The notes under the pieces: generated by a model
Databases searched by the model: none
What the model was told of the DNA's origin: nothing
What the model saw: the letters and a program-made list of their open reading frames with translations, nothing else
Source of the DNA: Myxococcota bacterium
GTDB taxonomy: Bacteria; Myxococcota_A; UBA9160; UBA6930
Reading direction: 5' to 3'
Assembly: GCA_965223705.1 (NCBI GenBank)
Contig: OZ245015.1
Location: forward strand, 2,720,001 to 2,784,000
DNA: 64,000 bases
Shown: piece after piece, positions 9,854 to 22,959 of the stretch
Numbering within the stretch: position 1 is the stretch's first letter
Layout of the letters: each line of letters opens with the position of its first letter
Made by a program: the position numbers and the translations under genes

Positions 9854-10860
9854 CACGCAAACATCAGCGGGGATTCGTCCTGGTCGCCGTCATCTTCTTC
9901 GCGGTGTTGCTGTTCAGTTCGGTCGCCGCGTTCATGCGACGGTCGACGGTCGATGCGGCGATCGTCCGGAATCGAGACGCGGCCGCCCGCGCCGAAGCAC
10001 TGGCTCGCGGCGGCGTTCAGCTCGCGAGCGCGCTGATCTTGCAGGATCGGATCGACGAGGCGGAGCGACTGTCTGCAGAGACGCATTTTGACGCTTGGGC
10101 GGCGGTCAACGAGAACCCGCTCTTCACGGACGACGGCGGTGAGCTGCGGCTCGAAATTCAGGACTCCGGCGCGCGGCTCAACATCAACGCCCTGGTCGAT
10201 GCCGAAGGCTCTGCGGCTTCGAACGCCGAAGCGTTCCTCGTGCACTTTTTCGAGAAAGTGATCGATGAGATGCCGGGAAGGCCGGAAGAAAAGCTCTACG
10301 ACCCCGACGAACTGGCGCGCAACCTGCTCGACTGGATGGATCGCGACGACGCCCGATCCCGCGGCGGCCTGGAGGACGCGTACTACCAGGAGCAGGATCC
10401 CCGCTATCGCGCGGCGAATCGTCCCCTCTTGTCCATTCAAGAGATCGGTCTCGTCGAAGGCTTCGATCGAAAGCTCGCCGATGCTCTCGAACCCTATCTC
10501 ACGGTCTACCCTTTGGCGGGAAGCTCCGGTATCAACCCCAATACAGCGCCCCCCTGGGTTCTTGCCGCGCTCTATTTTGGTAGCGGCAGCGACTTCCGAC
10601 TCGCTTCTCGCAAGAAAGTGCGGGGAATCCTCCGCGGTCGAGAGGGAGGCGAAATGTTCTGTGCCAGTGCTGAGGACGCGGCCTGCACGTGGTTCGACGA
10701 CGTCATCGGCGGACAGGTCTACCCCGAACCGAGCTTTTCAAGTGATCTGTTCCTGGTCCGCTCCGAAGCGATCTACGGCGATGTACGCCGAAGAATCGAC
10801 GTAGTTCTGGATCGAGGCGGCGACGAACCCCCGCGCGTTCGCTCCTGGCAGGTCCAGTAG
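9844..10860 (+). CDS. gspK: Minor pseudopilin GspK
   Basis: RGFVLVAV lacking E5 as in GspK; IQDSGARLNINAL; LLDWMDRD; INPNTAPPWVLAAL. Confidence 0.88.
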   Translation: MSLARKHQRGFVLVAVIFFAVLLFSSVAAFMRRSTVDAAIVRNRDAAARAEALARGGVQLASALILQDRIDEAERLSAETHFDAWAAVNENPLFTDDGGELRLEIQDSGARLNINALVDAEGSAASNAEAFLVHFFEKVIDEMPGRPEEKLYDPDELARNLLDWMDRDDARSRGGLEDAYYQEQDPRYRAANRPLLSIQEIGLVEGFDRKLADALEPYLTVYPLAGSSGINPNTAPPWVLAALYFGSGSDFRLASRKKVRGILRGREGGEMFCASAEDAACTWFDDVIGGQVYPEPSFSSDLFLVRSEAIYGDVRRRIDVVLDRGGDEPPRVRSWQVQ

Positions 10861-10883
10861 GACGAGAGAAAGGACGGCCCACG

Positions 10884-12440
10884 ATGGCCAAGCGCATTCT
10901 GGGACTCGACATCGGCAGCCACTCCGTGAAGGCCGTGGAGTTCCGCCAAACGCTCCGCGATGTGGAAGTCGTGCAGCTCCGACAGCTGCCGATCTTCGAT
11001 CCGGCGCCTTCCCTGGGCGGAGAGCTTCGCGAGTTCCTCCAAGCCCACGACCTGCCGACGGACAACGTCGTCGTGAGCCTCTCAGGCGATCGCATTTCGA
11101 CACGGCGGCTCTCCTTCCCGTTCCGAGACCGCAAGAAGATCGGCCCCGCAGTTCCCTTCGAGGTCGAGTCACAGGTCCCGTTCGATCTGGGCGACTTCTT
11201 CGTCGACTGGGAGATGGTCGGCGAGAGCAAAGCCGGTTCGGACGTCGTGGCCACCCTGGCGCCGCGCAGCGAAGTCTCGCTGTTGATCGAGACGCTTCAC
11301 GACGCGGGACTCTCCCCGAAAGTCGTCGAGGCCGAGGGACTCGTTCTCTCCAACTTGACGCAGCTGTTCGACTTGGGTGGCACGCGCATTCTCGTCGATA
11401 TCGGTCATCGCAAGACGACGCTTTGCCTGTGTTGGGACGGTCGAGCCGTCGCGGCGCGCACCGTACCCATCGCCGGGCGCGCGATCACCCAGGCGATCGC
11501 CGCGGAACGCGGGTTGGGAGAGGTCGAAGCCGAGCGCATCAAGATGGAGCAAGGCATCTTGGCGGGCGCCTCGGCCTCGCGCGCCGCGCTCGAAGTGGTC
11601 GACCGGCTCGCCCGAGAGCTGGTTCGGACGTTGGGCTCCCTCGAGACCGTGCTCGGCGAAGACGGCAATCAACCGCTGCAAGAAATCACCTTGGTCGGCG
11701 GCTCGGCCCACCTCCATCGGCTCGACGAATACTTGGCGACGCGGACGAACCTTCCGGTCAGGAAGTTGGCCCTCCCGCCTGCGGAAACGAACGCGGCCCT
11801 GGTCGCGGCGGGAGATCCGCAGCTCTTCGCGCCGGCCTTGGCTCTCGCCGTGCGCGGGTCGAGCCAAGCCAAGACCCGAATGAACTTCCGCCAGGACGAC
11901 TTGGCCGTTCGCGTCGATCTGCGCGCAGTGGGCCGGGAGTTTCGTTTGACGGCGGCCCTCGGGATCGTCGCCGCACTTCTCGCGTTGCTCGGAATTGGAG
12001 CCGATGCCTACCTGAGCAACCGCCGCGCCGCCGAGGTGGAGCAACGCGCCCTGGCTCTCTACCGCGAGGTCCAGCCCAACGGATCGCCCCCGAGAAACCT
12101 CCTTCGCGCCATGCAGGAAGCCGTGCAGAAACAACAGGACCGCGCGGATACGCTGGGCGTCTACCGAGGAAACCTGTCGGCACTCGACGTTCTGAACGAA
12201 GTCTCCGCCCGCTTGCCCAAGAACTTGAACTTCGTATTCGAAGAATTCAGCGTCGATCGCCAGGTCGTTCAGATCAAGGGGCACTCCCCCTCCGCCGGCG
12301 ACGTCGACCGGCTTCGGGGTGAGCTCGCGAAATTCCCGCCGTTCGCGGAAATCACACTAGGCGAGATCAATAGTGATCCGCGTCGCGGAGGCCAGAACTT
12401 CCGCGTCCGAATCAGTATGGCAGCCGAGGGGTCGTCATGA
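10884..12440 (+). CDS. gspL: GspL (PilM-like actin-fold cytoplasmic domain + TM + PilN-like periplasmic domain)
   Basis: LGLDIGSHSVKAVE, LVDIGHRKTT, LVGGSAHL actin-like motifs; single TM; position between K and M. Confidence 0.82.
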   Translation: MAKRILGLDIGSHSVKAVEFRQTLRDVEVVQLRQLPIFDPAPSLGGELREFLQAHDLPTDNVVVSLSGDRISTRRLSFPFRDRKKIGPAVPFEVESQVPFDLGDFFVDWEMVGESKAGSDVVATLAPRSEVSLLIETLHDAGLSPKVVEAEGLVLSNLTQLFDLGGTRILVDIGHRKTTLCLCWDGRAVAARTVPIAGRAITQAIAAERGLGEVEAERIKMEQGILAGASASRAALEVVDRLARELVRTLGSLETVLGEDGNQPLQEITLVGGSAHLHRLDEYLATRTNLPVRKLALPPAETNAALVAAGDPQLFAPALALAVRGSSQAKTRMNFRQDDLAVRVDLRAVGREFRLTAALGIVAALLALLGIGADAYLSNRRAAEVEQRALALYREVQPNGSPPRNLLRAMQEAVQKQQDRADTLGVYRGNLSALDVLNEVSARLPKNLNFVFEEFSVDRQVVQIKGHSPSAGDVDRLRGELAKFPPFAEITLGEINSDPRRGGQNFRVRISMAAEGSS

Positions 12441-12465
12441 GGCGCCAGGCTATGGAGGGCCCATC

Positions 12466-13014
12466 GTGAAGCAACTGTGGGCAAGGCTCCGCGACAGCGT
12501 GCAAAGCCTCAATCGCCGGGAGCGCCTGCTCGTTTTTGGCGCCGGCGCTGTTCTCGGCGCGTTCCTTCTTGTCGTGCTGGTCGTGAATCCGCTGGTCGAG
12601 TCGGCCCGCCGTGCGGAAGCGCGAGCCGAGACGGCCGCAGCGCAACACGAGGGCATCCAGAGGCTCCGACGACAATACGATCAGCTGCAGGGCCGACTCG
12701 CCCTCGTGGAAGCGCGGATCGCCCAGGGCGGCCAAGGCGAGCTTTTTACGACGCTCGAGCGGTTGGCAAGGCAGAGTTCGGTCACCGTCGACTCGATGGA
12801 ACCGCGCACGTCCTCCCCGAACGAGGACTTCCGCGAGACGAAGGTTCAGGTCGGCGTCAAGAAAGTCACGCTGGGACAGCTCGTCAACTATCTGCACCGC
12901 ATCGAGGCGGAGCCACAACTCCTCTCGATCAAGAGCCTGCGGATCCGAGTCCGATCGGACACCCCTGAGTTCCTCGAAGCCAACTTCACTGTCTCGTCTT
13001 TCGAGAAGATCTAG
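12466..13014 (+). CDS. gspM: Type II secretion protein GspM
   Basis: GTG 12466 with GGAGG RBS; LNRRERLLV + TM; VTLGQLVNYLHRIE. Confidence 0.8.
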   Translation: MKQLWARLRDSVQSLNRRERLLVFGAGAVLGAFLLVVLVVNPLVESARRAEARAETAAAQHEGIQRLRRQYDQLQGRLALVEARIAQGGQGELFTTLERLARQSSVTVDSMEPRTSSPNEDFRETKVQVGVKKVTLGQLVNYLHRIEAEPQLLSIKSLRIRVRSDTPEFLEANFTVSSFEKI

Positions 13015-13022
13015 GAGCCGTG

Positions 13023-13880
13023 ATGCGTTCCTTGCGTTTCGTGTGGCGTTTCTGCTTGGGCCTGGGACTGTTCGTCGCGTTCTGCGCGTTCTTGTTCCCC
13101 TACGATCGCGTTCGCCCGTCGCTGACACGAGAGCTCACAAACGCCGTGGGTATGCCGGTCGAAATCGAGAGGGTGAGCGGCGGCTTCCGCGGCCTGTCCC
13201 CCGCCCTGCGGGTCGACAACGTGACGATCGGCGAGCTGCCCCAGCCGATCCTGCGCGCGACGACCGTCTGGATCGTCCCCTCTCCGCAACCTTCCTGGCT
13301 CCGCGGCACACCGAGGTTTGCGCTCTACGGCGACGCGGACCCCGGCCGACTCGAGGGCGTCCTCACCCTCGAAAGCGAGCCGACGTTCCGCGGTCGTATC
13401 GAGGACCTCCCGCTCGCAGAAGGTGTGCTCGCTCGTGCTGCGCCCGACGCGCCGGCTCTCCTTCGGGACGCCACCGGTGTCCTCACGGCGGACTTCGATC
13501 TGCAGCGGGGTGGCGACGCTGCGGACGCGCGCTGGACGGGTACCACGCGCTTCGAGATGCGCGACGGGCGCCTTCCGGTACCGGACTATCCGGTCTGGGT
13601 CCCGTTCTCGGAGCTCTCGGGATCGCTTTCCCGCGGCATCCGCGGCGGCGCGACGCTTGAAGATCTCGCATTCCGCGGGCCGGGGCTCGAAGCCTCTGGC
13701 CGCGGCGAACTCGCTCCGGGAATCGCCCCGCTCCGCGCTCCGATGAGCGGCGAGCTCGATCTTCGCGTCCAGGAGGCCGGACTCGCCTCGGTCATGCAGT
13801 CGCTCGGCGTGGAAGTCGACGACAGCGGCCGCGCGCTCGTCCGATTCTCCGGGAGCCTCGCCCAGCCCGTCTGGCGGTAG
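13023..13880 (+). CDS. gspN: Type II secretion protein GspN
   Basis: N-terminal TM ending FLFPYDRV; C-terminal VRFSGSLAQPVW; last gene of the operon. Confidence 0.75.
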   Translation: MRSLRFVWRFCLGLGLFVAFCAFLFPYDRVRPSLTRELTNAVGMPVEIERVSGGFRGLSPALRVDNVTIGELPQPILRATTVWIVPSPQPSWLRGTPRFALYGDADPGRLEGVLTLESEPTFRGRIEDLPLAEGVLARAAPDAPALLRDATGVLTADFDLQRGGDAADARWTGTTRFEMRDGRLPVPDYPVWVPFSELSGSLSRGIRGGATLEDLAFRGPGLEASGRGELAPGIAPLRAPMSGELDLRVQEAGLASVMQSLGVEVDDSGRALVRFSGSLAQPVWR

Positions 13881-13917
13881 GCGCCGCAAGGAACGCGGAA
13901 GAGGTCGGATCTGGAAA

Positions 13918-13941
13918 GGATATTCGGATATCCTAATATCC
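13918..13941. promoter_or_regulatory. Palindromic operator, candidate SahR-type site
   Basis: GGATATTCGGATATCCTAATATCC, 24-bp inverted repeat with one mismatched pair, 7 bp before the ArsR-methyltransferase ATG. Confidence 0.7.
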
Positions 13942-13948
13942 GGATTCA

Positions 13949-14899
13949 ATGTCCGACCTCGCCCTTCAGCGCGTTTTCAAGACGCTTGCCGACACCACCC
14001 GACTCCGTCTCCTCGCAGCCCTGTCCGAGGGCGAGTTGGCGGTCCAGGAACTCACCGACGCCCTCGACGTGCCCCAGCCTCGGGTCTCCCGCCACCTCGG
14101 CATCTTGCGCGACGCCGGCTGGGTCCGAGATCGGCGCGAGGGGAGCTTCGTCTTCTACCACTTCACCCTGCCCCAAGCCGCCGCACCCGTCTGGACGGCA
14201 GCTCGCCAAGCACTCGACGCCGACCCACTGACCGAGCGCGATCGCGCCGGGGTCGCCCGCGTAGTGGCCGCGCGCAGCCAGAGGAGCCGTTCGTTTTTCG
14301 ACAGCGTCGGTCCGGAATGGGACGCACTTCGCAAAGTGTTGAACGACGATCTCCTCCGCTCGCGTGCTCTGACGCGGCTCGTTCGAAGTGACATGCGCGT
14401 GGTGGACGTCGGTACCGGTACCGGTGTGTTGGCCGCGGAGCTCGCGAGCCTGGGTCTCGACGTCGTCGCGGTGGATCACTCGCGTCGCATGCTCGAAGCC
14501 GCGCGAGGAAAGCTTTCCCCCGAGTTGTTGTCCCGTATCGAACTACGGCACGGAGAAGCGAACGAGCTGCCTCTAGCGGACGCGGAAGTCGGCGCCGCGT
14601 TCGCTCACATGGTGCTCCAATACCTCCCGAGCCCCGAAGCCGCGCTTCGCGAAATGGCTCGCGTTACGGCGCCCGGCGGAAGCGTCGTCGTCGTCGACTT
14701 CGAGAGTCACGAGCGCGAATGGATGCGCGACGAACTCGGGGTCCTATGGCTCGGTTTCTCGACGGACCACCTGCGCACCTGGCTGTCCGATGCGGGATTG
14801 ACCGACCTGCAAATCGAAACGGCCCCACCGAGCGGAGCGGACCGAAACCTGCCCCAGACGATCATCGCATCGGCGCGCGTCCCCGGAGCCACACCGTGA
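13949..14899 (+). CDS. ArsR HTH-SAM methyltransferase fusion regulator (SahR-like)
   Basis: [13 protein letters not shown]...[47 protein letters not shown]; directly upstream of metH. Confidence 0.9.
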   Translation: MSDLALQRVFKTLADTTRLRLLAALSEGELAVQELTDALDVPQPRVSRHLGILRDAGWVRDRREGSFVFYHFTLPQAAAPVWTAARQALDADPLTERDRAGVARVVAARSQRSRSFFDSVGPEWDALRKVLNDDLLRSRALTRLVRSDMRVVDVGTGTGVLAAELASLGLDVVAVDHSRRMLEAARGKLSPELLSRIELRHGEANELPLADAEVGAAFAHMVLQYLPSPEAALREMARVTAPGGSVVVVDFESHEREWMRDELGVLWLGFSTDHLRTWLSDAGLTDLQIETAPPSGADRNLPQTIIASARVPGATP

Positions 14900-17800
14900 G
14901 TCCCGACCTTTCTGCATTGGAGAAGATTCTCGCCGATCGCGTCGTGCTGCTGGACGGTGCGATGGGAACCATGCTGCAACAGCGAGACCTGTCCGAAGAG
15001 GCGTTCCGCGGAGCGACCTTCGAACGACACGACAAGGATCTCCGCGGCAACCACGACGTCTTGAACCTGACACAGCCGGCCGTCGTGGCGGAAGTTCACC
15101 GCGCGTTCCTCGGCGCAGGTTGCGACATCATCGAGACGAACACGTTCAACGCTAACGCGATCTCTCAAGCGGACTACGGACTCGAGTCCTCCGTGCGCGC
15201 CATCAATTTAGCGGCTGCGGAAATCGCTCGTTCCGCAGCCGCGGCGGCCATGGCGGAGGATCCCAGTCGGCCTCGCTTCGTCGCCGGCGCCATCGGGCCG
15301 ACAAACAAGACCCTGTCCCTCTCGCCCGATGTGGAAGACCCGGCTTTCCGCAGTATTCGGTTCGACGAATTGCGCGACACCTACCGAGAGCAGATCGAGG
15401 CGCTCGCCGAAGGAGGCGTCGATCTCCTTCTCATCGAAACGGTGTTCGACACGCTGAACGCGAAAGCCGCGCTGGTCGCCGCCGGCGATGCTTTCGACGC
15501 AACCGGCCGAAACGTACCCATCATGCTGTCGGTGACGATTACCGACGCTTCCGGGCGCACGCTCTCCGGTCAGACCATCGATGCGTTCTGGTCTTCCGTC
15601 GCTCACGCCGATCTTTTTTCGGTGGGGATCAATTGCGCGCTGGGCGCCGAGGCCATGCGTCCCTACGTGGCCGAACTCGCGGCACTGGCGCCGACCTGGC
15701 TCTCTTGTGTGCCGAACGCCGGATTGCCCAACCCGTTGTCGCCGACGGGCTACGACGAAGAGCCTGAGACCACCGGCCGCCTACTCGGTGAGATGGCGGA
15801 GTCGGGCTTGGTCAATATTGTCGGCGGCTGTTGCGGAACCACGCCGGACCACCTGGCGGCGATTCGACGGGCGGTTGCGGAGCACGCGCCGCGGAGGCGC
15901 CCGGAACCCAACGAGGACGTAACCGCGTGGAGCGGCCTCGAGCGCTTGGTGCTCCGCGACGACAGCAACTTCACCATGATCGGTGAGCGCACGAACGTCA
16001 CAGGCTCGCGACGTTTTGCGAGGCTCATCCGCAACGACGACTACGAAGCTGCGCTCTCCGTGGCACTCGACCAGGTGCGCGGCGGCGCCAACGTCCTCGA
16101 TGTCAACATGGACGAAGGCATGCTCGACGGGCCGAGCGTGATGACCCGCTTCTTGCAGCTCGTGGCGTCGGAGCCCGAGATCGCGCGGATTCCGATCATG
16201 GTCGACAGCTCCGACTGGCGGGTCCTCGAAGCGGGTATGCGCGTGGTCCAGGGCAAGGGCATCGTGAACTCGTTGAGCCTGAAGGAAGGCGAAGCGGACT
16301 TTCTCGAGAAGGCCCGCACCGTGCGGCGCTTCGGTTTCGGGGTCGTCGTCATGGCCTTCGACGAGGAGGGACAGGCCGAGACAACGGACCGCAAAGTCGC
16401 CATCTGTTCCCGAGCCTATCGCCTCCTCGTGGAGGAGGTCGGCTTCTCGCCTGGCGACATCGTGTTCGATCCGAACATTCTCGCGATCGGAACGGGAATC
16501 GAAGCGCACAACGCGTTCGCCACGGCGTTTATCGATGCGATCCCCCGAATCAAAGAAGCGTGCCCCGGCGCTCGCGTAAGCGGCGGTGTCAGCAATCTCT
16601 CGTTCTCGTTTCGCGGCAACGATGTCGTACGCGAGGCCATTCACTCGGCGTTTCTCTACCACGCAATACGCGCCGGTCTCGATATGGGCATCGTGAACGC
16701 CGGCCAGCTCGCGGTGTACGAGGACATCGATCGGGACTTGCTCACCCACGTCGAAGACCTGATCTTCAACCGCCGCCCGGATGCGACCGAACGTCTCGTC
16801 CGATTGGCCGAGGAGAAAAAGGGCACCGGGACCCGGCGCGTCGAGGACACCGCCTGGCGAGACGCTTCGGTCGAAGAGCGGCTCCGCCATGCACTGATAC
16901 ACGGGGTGACGGACTGGATCGAGGCCGACAGCGAAGAAGCCCGTCAAAAGCTCGGCGCGCCGCTCGCCGTCATCGAGGGACCCCTGATGGACGGCATGTC
17001 CGTCGTCGGTGATCTGTTCGGCGAAGGCAAGATGTTCCTGCCCCAAGTCGTGAAGAGCGCCCGAGCCATGAAGAAGGCCGTCGCGTACCTGGAGCCCTAC
17101 ATGGAGCGAGCCCGCGAGGAATCCCGCAAGCAGGGCAAGGTCGTGATGGCGACGGTCAAAGGCGACGTCCACGACATCGGGAAGAACATCGTCGCGGTGG
17201 TGCTTCGCTGCAACAATTACGAAGTCTTGGACCTGGGCGTCATGGTTCCCGCAGACCGCATCCTCGATGTCGCCGAAAGCGAGGAGTGCGATGTCGTGGG
17301 ACTGTCCGGGTTGATCACGCCGTCCCTCGACGAGATGGCCCACGTCGCGCGCGAGATGAAGCGGCGCGAAATGGATCTCCCGCTCTTGATCGGCGGCGCC
17401 ACGACGAGCCGCCAACACACCGCGGTCAAGATCGCTCCCGAATACCCGGGGCCGGTGGTCCATGTGCTCGACGCGTCGCGCGCCGTCGGGGTCGTCTCCG
17501 GTTACCTCGATCCGGACCAAAAGGAGGTGCTCGCGCAAAAGAACCGCGAGAACCAACAGCTTCTACGAGAAGTGCATCTCGAGAAACAAGGTCACGAAGT
17601 GAGGCCCTATCGGCGTGCGGTCGAAGAACGGCTCCGGCTTCGCTTCGATACCGAGACGGTGGCCGCGCCGGATTTCTTCGGGACCCGCGAAGTCGCGCCC
17701 GACATCGCAACGCTGCGGGCCTACATCGATTGGACCTTCTTCTTCTCGGCTTGGGACCTGCGCGGCAAGTACCCGCGAATCCTGTCCCACCCGGCGCACG

Positions 17801-18552
17801 GCGCCGCCGCGCGCGAGCTCTTCGACCACGCCCAGGAGTTGCTCGATGAAATCGAGCGGGACGCCTCGCTGACCGCGCAGGGGATTTACGGCTTCTGGCG
17901 GGCGCTTAGCGACGGCGACGACATCGTCTTGCTCGACGAATCCGGCACGGAGTTCGAACGCTTTCCGATGCTGCGCCAACAGCGCGGAAAAGATGACCGC
18001 CCAACGCGTTGTCTCGCCGACTACGTCGCGCCGAGTGACGCCGGACTCGTCGATTCCATCGGGGCTTTTGCAGTGACGGCGGGGATCGGGTGCGAAGAGC
18101 TCGTCGCGCGCTATGAGCGCGATCTCGACGACTACCGCGCCATCATGGTCAAGGCCCTGGCGGACCGGCTGGCCGAAGCCTTCGCCGAGTACATGCACTG
18201 GCTGGCGCGACGTTCTTGGGGCTTCGGGGAAACCGAAGACCTCTCACCCGAAGAGCTCATCGCCGAGCGCTATCGCGGTATTCGGCCGGCCATGGGCTAC
18301 CCGGCCTGCCCGGATCACACCGAGAAGGAGCGCCTGTTCCGACTCCTCGATGCGGAGGCCTTGTCGCTCTCTTTGACCGAGAGCTACGCCGTGATGCCCG
18401 CCGCGAGCGTTTGCGGTCTCTATTTCGCTCATCCCGAAGCGAAGTACTTCAATGTCGGCCGGATCGGCACAGATCAGCTGACTGCGTACGCCCGCCGCAA
18501 GCGGATCTCACGAGGCGAAGCCGAGCGCTGGCTCGCTCCGAATCTCGGGTAA
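14896..18552 (+). CDS. metH: B12-dependent methionine synthase
   Basis: [28 protein letters not shown]12 motif [11 protein letters not shown]...[30 protein letters not shown] 14896 overlaps the upstream stop. Confidence 0.98.
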   Translation: MSPDLSALEKILADRVVLLDGAMGTMLQQRDLSEEAFRGATFERHDKDLRGNHDVLNLTQPAVVAEVHRAFLGAGCDIIETNTFNANAISQADYGLESSVRAINLAAAEIARSAAAAAMAEDPSRPRFVAGAIGPTNKTLSLSPDVEDPAFRSIRFDELRDTYREQIEALAEGGVDLLLIETVFDTLNAKAALVAAGDAFDATGRNVPIMLSVTITDASGRTLSGQTIDAFWSSVAHADLFSVGINCALGAEAMRPYVAELAALAPTWLSCVPNAGLPNPLSPTGYDEEPETTGRLLGEMAESGLVNIVGGCCGTTPDHLAAIRRAVAEHAPRRRPEPNEDVTAWSGLERLVLRDDSNFTMIGERTNVTGSRRFARLIRNDDYEAALSVALDQVRGGANVLDVNMDEGMLDGPSVMTRFLQLVASEPEIARIPIMVDSSDWRVLEAGMRVVQGKGIVNSLSLKEGEADFLEKARTVRRFGFGVVVMAFDEEGQAETTDRKVAICSRAYRLLVEEVGFSPGDIVFDPNILAIGTGIEAHNAFATAFIDAIPRIKEACPGARVSGGVSNLSFSFRGNDVVREAIHSAFLYHAIRAGLDMGIVNAGQLAVYEDIDRDLLTHVEDLIFNRRPDATERLVRLAEEKKGTGTRRVEDTAWRDASVEERLRHALIHGVTDWIEADSEEARQKLGAPLAVIEGPLMDGMSVVGDLFGEGKMFLPQVVKSARAMKKAVAYLEPYMERAREESRKQGKVVMATVKGDVHDIGKNIVAVVLRCNNYEVLDLGVMVPADRILDVAESEECDVVGLSGLITPSLDEMAHVAREMKRREMDLPLLIGGATTSRQHTAVKIAPEYPGPVVHVLDASRAVGVVSGYLDPDQKEVLAQKNRENQQLLREVHLEKQGHEVRPYRRAVEERLRLRFDTETVAAPDFFGTREVAPDIATLRAYIDWTFFFSAWDLRGKYPRILSHPAHGAAARELFDHAQELLDEIERDASLTAQGIYGFWRALSDGDDIVLLDESGTEFERFPMLRQQRGKDDRPTRCLADYVAPSDAGLVDSIGAFAVTAGIGCEELVARYERDLDDYRAIMVKALADRLAEAFAEYMHWLARRSWGFGETEDLSPEELIAERYRGIRPAMGYPACPDHTEKERLFRLLDAEALSLSLTESYAVMPAASVCGLYFAHPEAKYFNVGRIGTDQLTAYARRKRISRGEAERWLAPNLG

Positions 18553-18564
18553 TCCGTAGGGACG

Positions 18565-19259
18565 ATGGATCAGCCGCTCCGAGGGGTTCTGTTCGACGCG
18601 GTGGGCACCCTGATCGAGCTTCGCGAGCCCGTCGGCGAGACCTATCGCCGCTTCGCTGTCGATGCGGGCGTCGACCTCTCCGCCGCGCGCATCGAAGAGG
18701 CCTTCGGCCGGGTGTTCGCCGCCGCACCTCCGATGGCGTTCCCGGGGACGACCCCGGAAGAAGCCGCCGAGCTCGAACGCGACTGGTGGCGCACACGGGT
18801 GCGCGAGACGTTTCGAGCGGCGGATCAGATGCAGCGTTTCGAGGCCTTTGAAGCCTTTTTCGACGCGCTCTGGCGTCATTTCTCTCGCGCGGACTCCTGG
18901 CGCGTTCGCACAGGCGCCCGCCCACTCTTGCGCGAGCTCAAGACGATCGGCTTTCGTCTGGCTCTTGTCTCTAATTTCGATCACCGACTTCGCGAGCTGC
19001 TCGGCGGGCTCGACCTCGCGGACCCCTTCGAGGCCGTCGTTCTCCCGGCGGACTGCGGCTTCGCGAAACCGTCACCGGAGATTTTTCTCGTCGCTTGCGA
19101 GCGGATCGGCTGCGCCCCGGACGACTGTACATACGTGGGAGACCACCCCGACGAGGACATTGCCGGTGCGAATTCCGCCGGACTCCGGGCGATCGACGTC
19201 GGCACATTGGCTACTTTGCAGGAACTCACGCATCGCCTCGACGCCCCACAGGAGCCGGC

Positions 19260-19263
<4 letters not shown>
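18565..19263 (+). CDS. HAD-IA hydrolase (REG-2-like)
   Basis: FDAVGTL, VSNFD, KPSPEIF, YVGDHPDEDIAGA. Confidence 0.9.
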
Positions 19264-20731
<1,468 letters not shown>

Positions 20732-20735
<4 letters not shown>

Positions 20736-22081
20736 GCGAAGACCTCGTCAAACGAGTTCTCGAGCGGTGCACCGAGTCCGGGGCCGCGCAGGCGGACGTG
20801 GTTCTCGTTCACTCCGAGGCCACCGAAGTCCGTGTGCGCGACCGCGAGATCGATTTCGTCAAACAGTCCCGCGAGCGTATCCTCGGTATCCGCGCGCTCG
20901 TCAAGGGCGACGACGGCCTCCGCACGGCGGTGACATCGACGAGCGACCTCACCGAAGGCGTCGCCCTCTCCTTGGCGAGCGACACCGTGGAAATCGCTTC
21001 CGCGACGGCCGCGGACCCCTTCGCGGGAATCCCCGCCGAAGGGTTCGCCACGGACCTTCCCGACTTGGCGCTCCACGATCCCGCCGACCGAAACGTGGGC
21101 GTCGATCAGCTCATCGAGGCGGCGAGAGAGGCCGAAGCCGCAGCCCGCGCCGAAGATGCGCGTATCGAGAACTCCGAAGGTTCAGAGGCGAGCCAGGAGC
21201 TCGTCACGGTGACCTACGGCAACTCGGAAGGCTTCGTCGCGAGCTACGACGCCGCCGCTCACGGCCTCTTCTCCATGCCGATCGCCGCGGCGAACGGCGA
21301 GATGCAAACCGACTATTGGAGCACGGCCGCACGCAGCCGAAGCGCTCTCGAAACGCCGGGCGAAGTCGGAGCGAAAGCGGCGCGCCGGGCCGCGCGCCGC
21401 CTCGGCTCGCAGCGGGTGCGGACGTGCGAAGTGCCCGTCGTTTTCGACGCCGCGAACGCCCGCAGCCTCGTCTCGCACTTGACGAGCTGCATCACCGGTG
21501 GAGCGATCTACCGCAAGACTTCGTTTCTCGCCGACGCGCTCGGCGAGCAGGTAGCGAGCCCCTTGGTGACCATCACGGATGACGGTCGCCGACTCGCTGG
21601 ACTCGGCAGCAAGCCGTTCGACGGAGAAGGTCAAGCGACGCGGAAGACTTGCGTCATCTCGGGTGGACAACTCGAAAACTTCCTCCTCGACAGCTACGCG
21701 GGCCGGAAACTCGGGCGACCCTCTACCGGAAGCGCCGCGCGCAGCCCGGGCGGCCGCCCCGGCGCCTCGGCAACCAACATTTGGCTCGAGCCGGGCGAAC
21801 AAAGCCTCGAAGAAATCATCGCCGAAACCCCGCGCGGCTTGTACCTCACCTATCTCTTCGGTCACGGGTTCAATCCGACCACCGGTGACCTATCGCGTGG
21901 GGCCGCCGGAGTCTGGATCGAGAACGGCGAGCTGACCCACCCGGTGGAGGAAATCACGATCGCCGGCAACCTCCGCGATATGCTTCTCGGGATCGATGCC
22001 GTCGGGGACGACGTGCTGTGGCAGAGTTCGGTCGCTGCGCCTTCGCTGCGCATCTCGAACATGACAATCGCTGGAGAATAA
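20732..22081 (+). CDS. pmbA: TldE/PmbA family protein
   Basis: PFDGEG, GFNPTTGDLSRGAAGVWIENGE, EITIAGNL; no HExxH; follows tldD. Confidence 0.93.
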
Positions 22082-22083
22082 GG

Positions 22084-22959
22084 ATGGCGGAAAAGCCCGA
22101 AACGATGTTGGGGATGGAGTTGCCGGACGTCGACGTCTGGTCGGATCGGGTGACTGTCGCACTGGGACAGAACCCCGGCGTCTTCACGGGTCCCGGGACC
22201 AACACGTACCTCGTCGGAACAGGGCCCGAGAAAATTCTGCTCGACACGGGCGAGGGACGAGAGAGCTACCTCCCCGTCCTCCAGGCGGCCATGGAGCGTG
22301 CCGGGTGCACCGGACTCCAGGAAATCGTCCTCACCCACGGTCACGGAGATCACTTGGGCGGGGTTTCGGGCATCCGGGAGCGTTTCGGACCGCTCCGCGT
22401 ATCGAAACTACCCTACGGTCCGTTCGACGCTGGACGCGACCTCGACGCGGTCGCCCTCTCGGACGGCGACTGCGTTCGAACCGACGGAGCCACCCTTCGC
22501 GCCGTGCACACACCGGGCCATGCGCCGGATCACTTGTGCTTCGTTCTCGAGGAAGAGGGATCCCTTTTCTCCGGTGACAACGTGTTGGGTGTCGGTACGA
22601 CCGTCATCCCGATGGGAACCGGCGACCTCTCTCAGTACATGGATTCCCTCGCGCGACTTCTCGAGCTCGCACCGACGCGCATCTACCCGGCGCACGGCCC
22701 TGCAATCGAGCGGGGGGAAGAGAAGATCCGCGAATACATCGCCCATCGCGAAGCGCGCGAAGAGCAGGTGTATGACGCGTTGGCGGACGCACCGAGGACT
22801 CCGATGGAGATCGTTCGCGAGGTTTACGCCGCGTACCCGGAAAAGCTCTATCCGGCGGCGGCGCAGTCCGTAACACAGCATCTGCAGAAGCTCGAAGCCG
22901 ACGGCCGCGTCACACATCGGGGTGACGATCTCACGAACGCGTCCTGGGCGCGCCGTTGA
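22084..22959 (+). CDS. Metallo-beta-lactamase fold hydrolase (LACTB2-like)
   Basis: NPGVFTGPGTNTYLVG, THGHGDHLGG, HTPGHAPDH, FSGDNVLG, YPAHGP. Confidence 0.9.
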   Translation: MAEKPETMLGMELPDVDVWSDRVTVALGQNPGVFTGPGTNTYLVGTGPEKILLDTGEGRESYLPVLQAAMERAGCTGLQEIVLTHGHGDHLGGVSGIRERFGPLRVSKLPYGPFDAGRDLDAVALSDGDCVRTDGATLRAVHTPGHAPDHLCFVLEEEGSLFSGDNVLGVGTTVIPMGTGDLSQYMDSLARLLELAPTRIYPAHGPAIERGEEKIREYIAHREAREEQVYDALADAPRTPMEIVREVYAAYPEKLYPAAAQSVTQHLQKLEADGRVTHRGDDLTNASWARR

